Assembly (NCBI GenBank): GCA_030830805.1
Contig: JAURMH010000043.1
Location: 1,248 to 65,247, forward strand
DNA from: Bacteroidota bacterium
Lineage (GTDB): Bacteria; Bacteroidota; Bacteroidia; Sphingobacteriales; Sphingobacteriaceae
Direction: 5' to 3'
Length of the DNA stretch: 64,000 nucleotides
The position numbers were made by a program, and so were the translations under genes. Of this stretch, positions 29,441-38,114 are shown in pieces (the first letter of the stretch is position 1; every line of letters begins with the position of its first letter). The notes under the pieces were generated by a model that had not been told where the DNA came from, ran no database searches, and saw only the letters and a list, made by a program, of their open reading frames with translations.

Positions 29441-29848
29441 ATGAAAAGACCAATAAGAGTTTTAGTAGCAAAATGTGGATTAGATGGACATGATAGAGGC
29501 GCAAAAATAATTGCCACTTCATTGCGTGATGCTGGTATGGAGGTAATTTATACCGGTCTTAGGCAAACGCCTGAAATGATTGTAAGCGCTGCTTTGCAAG
29601 AAGATGTTGACGCCATTGGTGTAAGTATTTTAAGTGGAGCTCATTTAACTGTTTTTCCAAAAATTATTCATTTAATGAAAGAAAAAGGGATGAATGATGT
29701 ATTGCTAACCGGTGGCGGAATTATTCCAGAACCAGACATGGAGCAATTAGCTCAGATGGGCGTTGGACAGCTATTTGCGCCTGGCACTGCAACTTCAAAT
29801 ATTGTTAATTATATTACCCAATGGGTGTCGGCAAATAGAAATTTCTAA
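29441..29848 (+). CDS. stand-alone cobalamin (B12)-binding domain protein (methylmalonyl-CoA mutase C-terminal domain type)
   Basis: 135 aa with the DxHxxG cobalamin-binding motif (LDGHDRG) and an SxL...GG pattern ([16 protein letters not shown]). Confidence 0.85.
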   Translation: MKRPIRVLVAKCGLDGHDRGAKIIATSLRDAGMEVIYTGLRQTPEMIVSAALQEDVDAIGVSILSGAHLTVFPKIIHLMKEKGMNDVLLTGGGIIPEPDMEQLAQMGVGQLFAPGTATSNIVNYITQWVSANRNF

Positions 29849-30369
29849 TGAAAAAAATCTCCCTACTGATTTTGTTTATCATTACGCTACATGCCAATGC
29901 GCAAATTGCAAGCACTGGTTATAAGATATACAGTTGGGGTTCCAATAAAAACACGATTCCAGTATTAGCCAAGTGTAGTCAAACAAATGCCGGTGATCAA
30001 TTTAGTAATTGTGAAATCAATAATAAAGACTCTATTTTTTATGCTGGTTTTCATTATAGTTATTGCAATTTTCGTTTTTATAAAGAAGCATTGGTGGAGG
30101 TTCATTTCGATTTAAGGTTTAAAGAATTAGGGAATGTTGTTGCCAAATTGAGTACAGATTTTGGAGCGCCTAAAATTTTAGAAAACGCCACCACTCATGC
30201 CGATACACTGATGACCACCATTGGCTATGAATGGATTGTTGGAGATACGAGGGTATTAATTATTAACAAAGGAATTACAAGTCCTGTTTGGTGCATCCTT
30301 AGCTCTCTATCTCAAAAAAAAGCATACAGAAAAAAAGTAATCGATATAGAAAAAATAATCTTTAACTAA
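29848..30369 (+). CDS. secreted hypothetical protein
   Basis: It has a signal peptide ([19 protein letters not shown]). TAATG overlaps link it to both flanking genes. No motif was recognised. Confidence 0.5.
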   Translation: MKKISLLILFIITLHANAQIASTGYKIYSWGSNKNTIPVLAKCSQTNAGDQFSNCEINNKDSIFYAGFHYSYCNFRFYKEALVEVHFDLRFKELGNVVAKLSTDFGAPKILENATTHADTLMTTIGYEWIVGDTRVLIINKGITSPVWCILSSLSQKKAYRKKVIDIEKIIFN

Positions 30370-31151
30370 TGCCTTACGAAAACATTTTAACCCAACAAAA
30401 AAATGCAACATTGCATATTACTATTAATCGTGCAAGTAAATTAAATGCATTAAATAAAGCGACCTTATCTGAATTAAACGCGGCGTTTCAAGCTGCATTT
30501 GCAGACGAAGAAGTACGCGCTATTATTTTAACTGGCGATGGTACAAAAGCATTTGTTGCCGGAGCAGACATTGCAGAATTTGCGGATTTCTCTGTTGCGC
30601 AAGGTGCAGCATTAAGTAGTGATGGCCATGCACAAGTTTTTAATTTAATTGAAAATAGTCCGAAGCCTGTTATTGCAGCCATCAATGGTTTTGCTTTAGG
30701 GGGTGGTTTAGAATTAGCCATGGCTTGTCATATTCGTGTGGCTTCTGAAACTGCAAAAATGGGCTTACCAGAAGTAGGATTAGGTGTGATACCAGGTTAT
30801 GGCGGAACACAACGATTAGCGCAATTAATTGGCAAAGGCAGGGCAATGGAAATGATTGTTACAGCAGATATAATCAATGCGGCAGAGGCATACAGAATGG
30901 GCTTAGTGAACCATGTGGTAGCGCCCGAAAATTTATTAGCGAAATGCGAAGAAATTGTTTCGAAAATTATCACTAAATCTCCAGTTGCAATTAGTTATGC
31001 AATTAAATCTGTGAACGCTGGATTTGAAGAAGGCCAAAATGGATATGCAAGCGAAATCGAAAACTTTGGCGCATGTTTTGGAACAAAAGATTTTAAAGAA
31101 GGTACAACTGCATTTTTAGAAAAAAGAAAAGCAAATTTTTCTGGCAATTAA
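30369..31151 (+). CDS. enoyl-CoA hydratase/isomerase (crotonase) family protein
   Basis: It has the crotonase oxyanion and active-site segments ([35 protein letters not shown]). Confidence 0.85.
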   Translation: MPYENILTQQKNATLHITINRASKLNALNKATLSELNAAFQAAFADEEVRAIILTGDGTKAFVAGADIAEFADFSVAQGAALSSDGHAQVFNLIENSPKPVIAAINGFALGGGLELAMACHIRVASETAKMGLPEVGLGVIPGYGGTQRLAQLIGKGRAMEMIVTADIINAAEAYRMGLVNHVVAPENLLAKCEEIVSKIITKSPVAISYAIKSVNAGFEEGQNGYASEIENFGACFGTKDFKEGTTAFLEKRKANFSGN

Positions 31152-32074
31152 TTTTTGCTTAAAAAATCTGCATAAGCCAGCTGAATGCCTTCGGCTAATT
31201 CGGTTTGGTATTTCCAACCTAATGCGCTGAGCTTACTCACATCCATCAATTTTCTTGGTGTGCCATCAGGCTTGCTGGTATCAAATTTTATTTCGCCATC
31301 AAAACCAATAATCTGTTTAATGAGCAGCGCTAAATCTTTAATGCTGATGTCATGTCCTACCCCCACATTCAAAAAATCTGCACCATCATAATTCTGCATT
31401 AAGAAATAACAAGCATCGGCTAAATCGTCAGCAAATAAGAATTCACGAAGGGGTGTGCCTGTGCCCCATATTTCTACATGGCTTGCCCCATTTAATTTTG
31501 CTTCGTGAAATTTCCTAATTAAAGCAGGCAGCACATGTGAATTTTGTGGATGGTAATTATCATTATAACCGTATAAGTTTGTAGGCATGACAGCAATAAA
31601 ATTGCAACCGTATTGACTTCTATAGGCTTCGCACATTTTTATGCCTGCAATTTTTGCAATGGCATAAGGCTCATTGGTGTGTTCTAACAAACCAGTTAAC
31701 AAGCTTTCTTCTTTTAATGGTTGCGGGGCTAATTTTGGATAAATACAAGAAGAGCCTAGGAATAAAAGTTTAGTAACTTGATGAATATGGGCAGCGTGGA
31801 TAATGTTGTTTTGAATAGCTAGATTTTCGTACAAGAAATCTGCACGATAAGTATTATTCGCTATAATTCCACCAACCTTGGCAGCAGCTAAAAATACATA
31901 AGCTGGTTTTTCTTTTTCAAAAAACTGCATAACATCCGATTGATTCCTTAAATCTAATTCGGCCGAAGTTTTACAAATAATATTTTGAAAACCAGCAGCT
32001 GTTAATTTTCTTAAAATGGCAGAACCAACCATGCCTCTGTGGCCAGCAATATATATTTTCGAATCTTTATTCAT
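31148..32074 (-). CDS. fcl: GDP-L-fucose synthase
   Basis: It has the SDR Rossmann motif ([11 protein letters not shown]) and YxxxK (YAIAKIAG), plus the overall GDP-4-keto-6-deoxymannose epimerase/reductase pattern. Confidence 0.9.
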   Translation of the reverse strand: MNKDSKIYIAGHRGMVGSAILRKLTAAGFQNIICKTSAELDLRNQSDVMQFFEKEKPAYVFLAAAKVGGIIANNTYRADFLYENLAIQNNIIHAAHIHQVTKLLFLGSSCIYPKLAPQPLKEESLLTGLLEHTNEPYAIAKIAGIKMCEAYRSQYGCNFIAVMPTNLYGYNDNYHPQNSHVLPALIRKFHEAKLNGASHVEIWGTGTPLREFLFADDLADACYFLMQNYDGADFLNVGVGHDISIKDLALLIKQIIGFDGEIKFDTSKPDGTPRKLMDVSKLSALGWKYQTELAEGIQLAYADFLSKN

Positions 32075-32100
32075 GCGTAATACGAATTCCTATTAATTTT

Positions 32101-32108
32101 CAAAAATA
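32101..32108 (-). promoter_or_regulatory. candidate -7 promoter box for fcl
   Basis: Minus-strand TATTTTTG, 26 nt upstream of the ATG at 32074. Confidence 0.35.
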
Positions 32109-32199
32109 CATTTATCTTCTCATAAATTATAACATTAATTCTTTATAGCTAATTATAAAATGCAATATTTTTACAACCTTTGCTAAAATTATAAACCAA

Positions 32200-32844
32200 T
32201 TGGGAAAAGATAAATTAAAACGCTTTATCGAAATTGCAACCTTTGCGAATGTATTTGAGATGGAGCCTGTACATAAGGGCTTTTGGGGTACAAACTACTT
32301 TAAGAATAGTCACCCTATCGTATTAGAATTAGGTTGCGGAAGAGGCGAGTATACGGTTAATTTGGCCGAAAAGTATCCTAATAAAAACTTCATTGGAATA
32401 GATATAAAGGGTGCAAGAATTTGGCGAGGAGCAAAAACAGCCATAGAAAATAACTTACAAAATGTGGCATTTCTGAGAATTGAAATTGAAAATATTTTAG
32501 ACCACTTTTCAGCTGCAGAAATTTCAGAAATATGGATTACTTTTCCAGATCCTCAGCCTCAAATTAGTCGAGAAAGAAAAAGACTCACCTCTGTTCGGTT
32601 CTTAACCTACTATCAAAACATACTCAAGCCGAACGGAATTGTGCATCTTAAAACAGATAGCGATGCCTTGTACGATTATACCAATACATTAATACAAGAA
32701 AAACCTATTCAAGTGTTAGCGGCAACAACCGATTTGTATCAGGATGAAATGCTTGATGATTTATTGCAAATTCAAACTACTTACGAAAAAAAATATTTAG
32801 CAGTTGGTAAAAATATTAATTATTTAAAATTTAGTTTTGAATAA
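32200..32844 (+). CDS. trmB: tRNA (guanine46-N7)-methyltransferase
   Basis: It has the SAM motif (LELGCGRGE) and the FPDPQP motif. The apparent TTG start gives MGKDKLKRF; the first in-frame ATG would remove 20 residues. Confidence 0.85.
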   Translation: MGKDKLKRFIEIATFANVFEMEPVHKGFWGTNYFKNSHPIVLELGCGRGEYTVNLAEKYPNKNFIGIDIKGARIWRGAKTAIENNLQNVAFLRIEIENILDHFSAAEISEIWITFPDPQPQISRERKRLTSVRFLTYYQNILKPNGIVHLKTDSDALYDYTNTLIQEKPIQVLAATTDLYQDEMLDDLLQIQTTYEKKYLAVGKNINYLKFSFE

Positions 32845-33169
32845 ATTAGAAAATAATTTTTTTGAGCAAGTATATGCGGTCGTAAAAAAAATACCCGAAG
32901 GCCGTGTAACTTCTTACGGTGCAATTGCCAATTATTTAAGTGCCAAAAATGCAGCAAGAATGGTAGGTTGGGCCATGAATGCCTCTCATCAAATGTTAGA
33001 TGTACCTGCACATAGAGTAGTCAATAGAAATGGAATGCTTTCTGGCAAACATCATTTCCCAGGCGAAAACTTAATGGAAGAGTTATTAATTTCCGAGGGG
33101 CATCAAATTTCGCAAGATCAAATTGTCGATTTCAAAAAAGTATTTTGGGATCCATCTTCGGAGCTGTAA
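32837..33169 (+). CDS. MGMT-family DNA-binding protein, alkyltransferase-like (active-site Cys replaced by Ala)
   Basis: It shows the methylated-DNA-protein-cysteine methyltransferase DNA-binding fold (IPEGRVTSYGAIANYL). The acceptor motif reads PAHRVV instead of PCHRV. The start is a TTG that overlaps the end of trmB by 8 nt. Confidence 0.75.
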   Translation: MNKLENNFFEQVYAVVKKIPEGRVTSYGAIANYLSAKNAARMVGWAMNASHQMLDVPAHRVVNRNGMLSGKHHFPGENLMEELLISEGHQISQDQIVDFKKVFWDPSSEL

Positions 33170-33170
33170 A

Positions 33171-33767
33171 TCAATAGCAATGACAGCTAATTAAATGGTC
33201 ATTTACCATTCCCATTGCTTGCATGTATGCATAACAAATAGTTGATCCAAAAAATTTAAATCCTCTTTTCTTTAGATCTTTACTAATGACGTCAGACTCC
33301 ACACTACTTGCAGGCAAGTCTTTGAGCGATTTTCTTATATTGACAATGGGTTTATTACTGGGCATAAAAGAATATAAATAAGCATCAAAACTTCCATATT
33401 CTTTTTGTAAGGATAAGAATATTTGCGCATTACTAATGGCCGATTTTATTTTAAGTCTATTTCGAATAATTCCTTCAAATTGCATGAGCACTTCGATTTT
33501 AGCTTCATCAAATTGGGCTACTTTTTTTGCATCAAAATTAGCAAAAGCTTTTCGGTAACCAGCTCTTTTTTTGAGCACCGTTAGCCAGCTTAATCCTGCT
33601 TGCGCACTCTCTAAAATTAAAAACTCAAAAAGCACGCTATCGTCGTGGCATTCCTTGCCCCATTCCTGGTCGTGGTATTGAATATAAATCGGGTCTGATA
33701 AACACCAATCACAGCGGGTATTCCTTTTTTCGTGATTGGCATTATGTTCGTTTATTAATTTTCCCAT
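33171..33767 (-). CDS. tag: DNA-3-methyladenine glycosylase I
   Basis: It has the Tag signature (RCDWCLSDPIYIQYHDQEWG) plus C-terminal His/Cys zinc ligands. Confidence 0.9.
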   Translation of the reverse strand: MGKLINEHNANHEKRNTRCDWCLSDPIYIQYHDQEWGKECHDDSVLFEFLILESAQAGLSWLTVLKKRAGYRKAFANFDAKKVAQFDEAKIEVLMQFEGIIRNRLKIKSAISNAQIFLSLQKEYGSFDAYLYSFMPSNKPIVNIRKSLKDLPASSVESDVISKDLKKRGFKFFGSTICYAYMQAMGMVNDHLISCHCY

Positions 33768-33863
33768 GCCTAAAGCTAAGTATTATTCATAAAATCCTAA
33801 AATTAGGCCCTTGGTAAAATTATTTTAAACACCTTAATTGACTAATAAATATGAAGATTATTA

Positions 33864-33871
33864 TAACTTTG
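33864..33871 (+). promoter_or_regulatory. candidate -7 promoter box for polA
   Basis: TAACTTTG, 10 nt upstream of the ATG at 33882. Confidence 0.4.
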
Positions 33872-33881
33872 GAACAAGCAT

Positions 33882-36689
33882 ATGCAAGACAAGAAATTAT
33901 ACCTATTAGATGGAATGGCGTTGATTTATCGCGCACATTTTGCATTGAGTAAATCGCCAAGATTTACCTCCAATGGCCTAAATACATCGGCTGTATTTGG
34001 CTTTGCCAATACTTTATTAGAATTATTGAGAAGAGAAAAACCAAGTCACATTGCTGTGGTTTTTGACACGCAAGCACCAACCGAACGACACACTGATTTT
34101 GTTGAATACAAAGCGCATCGCGAGGCAATGCCCGAAGATTTATCTTCTGCACTTCCATACGTATTTCAATTAATAGAAGGATTCAAAATTCCTGTTATCA
34201 CAAAAGATGGATTTGAAGCCGATGACATTATTGGTACACTAGCTAAAAAAGCAGAAAAAGAAGGCTATACCGTTTATTGCATGACACCCGATAAAGATTT
34301 TGCGCAATTAGTTTCCGAAAATATTTTTATTTATAAGCCTGCTAGAATGGGGAATGATGTGGAGATCATGGGAGTGCCCGAAGTGCTTAAGAAATGGGAG
34401 ATTGAGCATGTGCATCAAGTAATTGATATATTAGGTTTATGGGGTGATGCGGTAGATAATATTCCAGGAATACCTGGCATAGGCGAAAAAACGGCTAAAG
34501 ATTTAATTCGTCGTTATGGTTCGATGGAAAATATATTTGCAAATGCACATGAGTTAAAAGGCAAGCAAAAAGAAAATGTAGAAAACTTTCAAGCACAAGG
34601 CTTACTCTCTAAAAAATTAGCTACTATTATTTTAGATGTACCAGTAGATTTAGACGAAGCCGCTTTATTATTAGAAGCGCCAGACAGAAATTTATTAGAA
34701 CCATTATTTGCAGAATTAGAATTCAAAACATTAGGTCGTCGTGTTTTTGGCGAAGATTTTAAAATAACAGAAACAGTAAAATCGAATAATACTTCCCAGA
34801 TGGATTTGTTTGGAAGCCCTAATGCTGCTGCCTTTGAGCAACAAGCCGAAAGCGAAGAGTTGGAGTTAGTTAATTTTAAAACGATTCAAGATACCGAGCA
34901 TCAATATCATTTAATAGATACAGCGGAAGCCAGACAAAATTTAATTGCACAATTGAGCGCGCAAAGTGCTATTTGTTTCGATACAGAATCTACTTCAACC
35001 GATGCAAATATGGCAGAGATTGTAGGGCTATCTTTTTCATTTAAAAAAGGAGAGGCCTATTATGTTCCTTTATCTGCTTTACACAACGAAGCAATTGCTG
35101 TATTAAAAGAATTCGAATCAGTACTTGCAAATCCTGCTATTCAGAAAATAGGTCAAAACATTAAATACGATATTTTATTATTGAAGTGGTATGGCATTGA
35201 AGTAAAAGGCGTGTTATTTGATACCATGTTGGCGCATTATTTAATAGATGCCGATGCCAGACATGGCATGGATGTACTAGCAGAAAATTACTTGCAATAT
35301 TCGCCTGTATCAATTACAGAATTAATTGGCAAAAAGGGTAAAACCCAAGGCAGCATGAGAGATGTAGCCGTCGATGTGGTGAAAGAATATGCAGCCGAAG
35401 ATGCAGATATCACCTTGCAATTAAAAGAAGTTTTCGAGCCTATGTTATCAGCAACTCAGGCAAGTGATTTAGCAAGTAGTGTAGAAAATCCATTGGTTTA
35501 TGTTTTAGCCGATATGGAATTTGAAGGGGTTAAAATCGATAAAGAGGTTTTGTCGCAATTGTCAAAAGAGTTAGCGATAGATATTGAAATTGCAGAAAAA
35601 GAAATATTTGAATTAGCCGGTGTTAAATTTAATATTGCATCACCTAAACAATTAGGAGAAGTATTATTCGATAAGTTGCAGCTCGATCCAAAAGCAAAAA
35701 AGACAAAAACCGGACAGTACCAAACAGGTGAAGATATTTTATCGCTGCTGGCACCTAAGCACGAAATTGTGCAGCATATTTTAAGTTTTAGAACCTTACA
35801 AAAATTAAAATCTACCTATGTAGATGCTTTGCCAGAAATGATTAATCCAAAAACGGGAAGGGTTCACACCTCCTATAATCAGGCGGTTGCAGCTACTGGC
35901 AGATTGAGTTCTAATAATCCAAACTTGCAAAATATTCCAATTAAAACAGCTCGAGGAAGAGAAGTGAGGAAAGCATTTATTGCAAAAGATGCGAATCATG
36001 TAATTATTTCTGCCGATTATTCGCAGATAGAATTAAGGGTTATTGCCGAAATGGCAAAAGAAGAAAACATGTTACAGGCTTTTGTAAATGGTTTAGACAT
36101 TCATACCGCAACAGCTGCAAATATTTATAATGTAGCAGTTGAAGAGGTAACGGCAGAACAAAGACGAAATGCAAAGGCTGTTAATTTTGGAATCATTTAT
36201 GGTCAATCGGCATTTGGTTTATCGCAAAATTTAAATATTCCAAGAAAAGAAGCGGCAGAAATTATTGAGCAATATTTTATTCAATTTCCGAGAATCAAAA
36301 ATTACATGGCGCAAACAATCGATTTCGCTAGAGAAAACGGTTATGTAGAAACCATCATGAAACGCAGGCGTTACCTGAGAGACATTAATTCAGCAAATGC
36401 AACGGTGAGAGGCTTTGCAGAACGAAATGCCATCAACGCGCCTATTCAAGGTTCGGCAGCCGATATGATAAAAATGGCCATGTTAAAAATTCATGCAACA
36501 ATTAAGGCGCAAGGTTTGCAATCTAAAATGACGATGCAAGTGCATGACGAATTAGTTTTCGAAGTGCCTTTGCAAGAAGTTGATCAAATGAAGGGCATTA
36601 TTGAAACGAACATGAAAAATGCGCTTCCTCTTGAGGTACCAATTTTAGTCGAAATTGGCATAGGCGAAAATTGGCTAGCAGCACATTGA
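33882..36689 (+). CDS. polA: DNA polymerase I
   Basis: 935 aa with a 5'-3' exonuclease domain, a 3'-5' exonuclease domain, and polymerase motif A (DYSQIELR) and motif C (QVHDELVFE). Confidence 0.97.
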   Translation: MQDKKLYLLDGMALIYRAHFALSKSPRFTSNGLNTSAVFGFANTLLELLRREKPSHIAVVFDTQAPTERHTDFVEYKAHREAMPEDLSSALPYVFQLIEGFKIPVITKDGFEADDIIGTLAKKAEKEGYTVYCMTPDKDFAQLVSENIFIYKPARMGNDVEIMGVPEVLKKWEIEHVHQVIDILGLWGDAVDNIPGIPGIGEKTAKDLIRRYGSMENIFANAHELKGKQKENVENFQAQGLLSKKLATIILDVPVDLDEAALLLEAPDRNLLEPLFAELEFKTLGRRVFGEDFKITETVKSNNTSQMDLFGSPNAAAFEQQAESEELELVNFKTIQDTEHQYHLIDTAEARQNLIAQLSAQSAICFDTESTSTDANMAEIVGLSFSFKKGEAYYVPLSALHNEAIAVLKEFESVLANPAIQKIGQNIKYDILLLKWYGIEVKGVLFDTMLAHYLIDADARHGMDVLAENYLQYSPVSITELIGKKGKTQGSMRDVAVDVVKEYAAEDADITLQLKEVFEPMLSATQASDLASSVENPLVYVLADMEFEGVKIDKEVLSQLSKELAIDIEIAEKEIFELAGVKFNIASPKQLGEVLFDKLQLDPKAKKTKTGQYQTGEDILSLLAPKHEIVQHILSFRTLQKLKSTYVDALPEMINPKTGRVHTSYNQAVAATGRLSSNNPNLQNIPIKTARGREVRKAFIAKDANHVIISADYSQIELRVIAEMAKEENMLQAFVNGLDIHTATAANIYNVAVEEVTAEQRRNAKAVNFGIIYGQSAFGLSQNLNIPRKEAAEIIEQYFIQFPRIKNYMAQTIDFARENGYVETIMKRRRYLRDINSANATVRGFAERNAINAPIQGSAADMIKMAMLKIHATIKAQGLQSKMTMQVHDELVFEVPLQEVDQMKGIIETNMKNALPLEVPILVEIGIGENWLAAH

Positions 36690-36698
36690 TAATATTTT

Positions 36699-36706
36699 TA
36701 TATTTG
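36699..36706 (+). promoter_or_regulatory. candidate -7 promoter box for the small Cys-rich membrane protein and trmH-family genes
   Basis: TATATTTG, 3 nt upstream of the ATG at 36710 and 10 nt after the polA stop. Confidence 0.3.
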
Positions 36707-36709
36707 TAT

Positions 36710-36853
36710 ATGGTTCAGGAAATATTAGTCGGATTATTGGTGATTGCTGCTCTTGTCTATTTGGGTGGCATGATTTATCGTAATTTTACTGCAAAAGGTA
36801 AATGCGCAGGTAATTGTAATTGTGGCATTGATCCATTAGAAAATAAAATCTAA
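36710..36853 (+). CDS. small Cys-rich membrane protein (FeoB-associated Cys-rich type)
   Basis: 47 aa with a single TM helix (ILVGLLVIAALVYLGGMIY) followed by CAGNCNCG. The ATG at 36710 is preferred over the upstream TTG start that overlaps polA. Confidence 0.5.
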   Translation: MVQEILVGLLVIAALVYLGGMIYRNFTAKGKCAGNCNCGIDPLENKI

Positions 36854-37639
36854 ATGCTGCATTCCGAACTAATTTCTAGTTTACAAAATCCAAAGATTAA
36901 ACATATTGTTCGCTTAATTGATAAATCAGCTGAACGAAAATCAGAGGGCTTAATTGTGGTGGAAGGGAAACGAGAAATAGCATTAGCCTTAAGCGCAAGG
37001 CACGAAATAGCCTCTTTGTTTTATTGCGAAGAAATTGCTGGGCTTGTCGAGAATTTTCCCGCCGATCAAATTTACCCAGTTACTAAAGAAGTTTTTGCAA
37101 AAATTGCTTATCGCGAAAATTCTGATGGCTTATTGGCAATCATCAAACCTATTTTTTTAGCATTAGAAGATTTAATACTTAGCGAGAATCCATTGTTAAT
37201 GGTACTCGAAGCAGTAGAAAAACCAGGCAATTTAGGGGCTGTTTTACGAACTGCAGATGCAGCAAAAATAGACGCTATAATTGTTTGTGATTTAAAAACG
37301 GATCTATTTAATCCTAATGTAATTCGTTCTAGTGTGGGCTGTGTGTTTACCGTTCCAATGGTTGTGTGTAGTTCGGAAGAATTATTTCATTGGTTGCAAA
37401 AAAATAAAATTACAGCATATGCTGCTGCCTTAACGGCTAAAGACGATTACCATCATATTGATTTCTGTAAACCTGCAGCCATTATTTTAGGTACAGAAGC
37501 AACTGGCCTATCGGATTATTGGCTAGCACACGCAAAGCAAATAAAAATACCAATGTCGGGAAAGATAGATTCTTTGAATGTCTCTAATGCAGCGGCTATA
37601 TTGGCTTTCGAAGCAAAAAGACAAAGAGGATTTAAATAG
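36854..37639 (+). CDS. TrmH/SpoU family RNA 2'-O-methyltransferase
   Basis: It has the SpoU methylase motifs (EKPGNLGAVLRTADA, LGTEATGLS, IPMSGKIDSLNVSNAAAI). Confidence 0.8.
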   Translation: MLHSELISSLQNPKIKHIVRLIDKSAERKSEGLIVVEGKREIALALSARHEIASLFYCEEIAGLVENFPADQIYPVTKEVFAKIAYRENSDGLLAIIKPIFLALEDLILSENPLLMVLEAVEKPGNLGAVLRTADAAKIDAIIVCDLKTDLFNPNVIRSSVGCVFTVPMVVCSSEELFHWLQKNKITAYAAALTAKDDYHHIDFCKPAAIILGTEATGLSDYWLAHAKQIKIPMSGKIDSLNVSNAAAILAFEAKRQRGFK

Positions 37640-38114
37640 TTTTTTCTAACAAGACAACGGCATAAGCAACAACGCCTTCTGCTCTTCCAATAAAACCCAA
37701 TTGTTCATTTGTAGTTGCTTTGATAGAAATATCTTCCTCAGAAATATTAATTGCATTTGCAATATTTTTTTTCATTTCGGGAATATGCGGATTGATTTTT
37801 GGAGCCTCTAAACAAATCATACAATCGATATTACCCAATATAAAATTCTTCTCCGCTATTAATTTCATTACCTCTTGAAGTAATAGTATACTAGAAACAC
37901 CTTTCCACTTTTCATCGGTATTTGGAAAATGGAAACCGATATCTCTAAGGTTTGCAGCACCTAATATGGCATCGCAAATTGCATGTAATAAAACATCTGC
38001 ATCCGAATGGCCATAGGCGCCTCGATCATGTGCTAAATTAACGCCACCCATAATAAATGGATGTCCAATTTTTAATTGGTGAACATCAAAACCAAATCCT
38101 ATTTTAATTTTCAT
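37632..38114 (-). CDS. ispF: 2-C-methyl-D-erythritol 2,4-cyclodiphosphate synthase
   Basis: It has the IspF motifs (GFGFDVHQL, GHSDADVLLHA). The start overlaps the stop of porV by 11 nt. Confidence 0.93.
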   Translation of the reverse strand: MKIKIGFGFDVHQLKIGHPFIMGGVNLAHDRGAYGHSDADVLLHAICDAILGAANLRDIGFHFPNTDEKWKGVSSILLLQEVMKLIAEKNFILGNIDCMICLEAPKINPHIPEMKKNIANAINISEEDISIKATTNEQLGFIGRAEGVVAYAVVLLEKTI

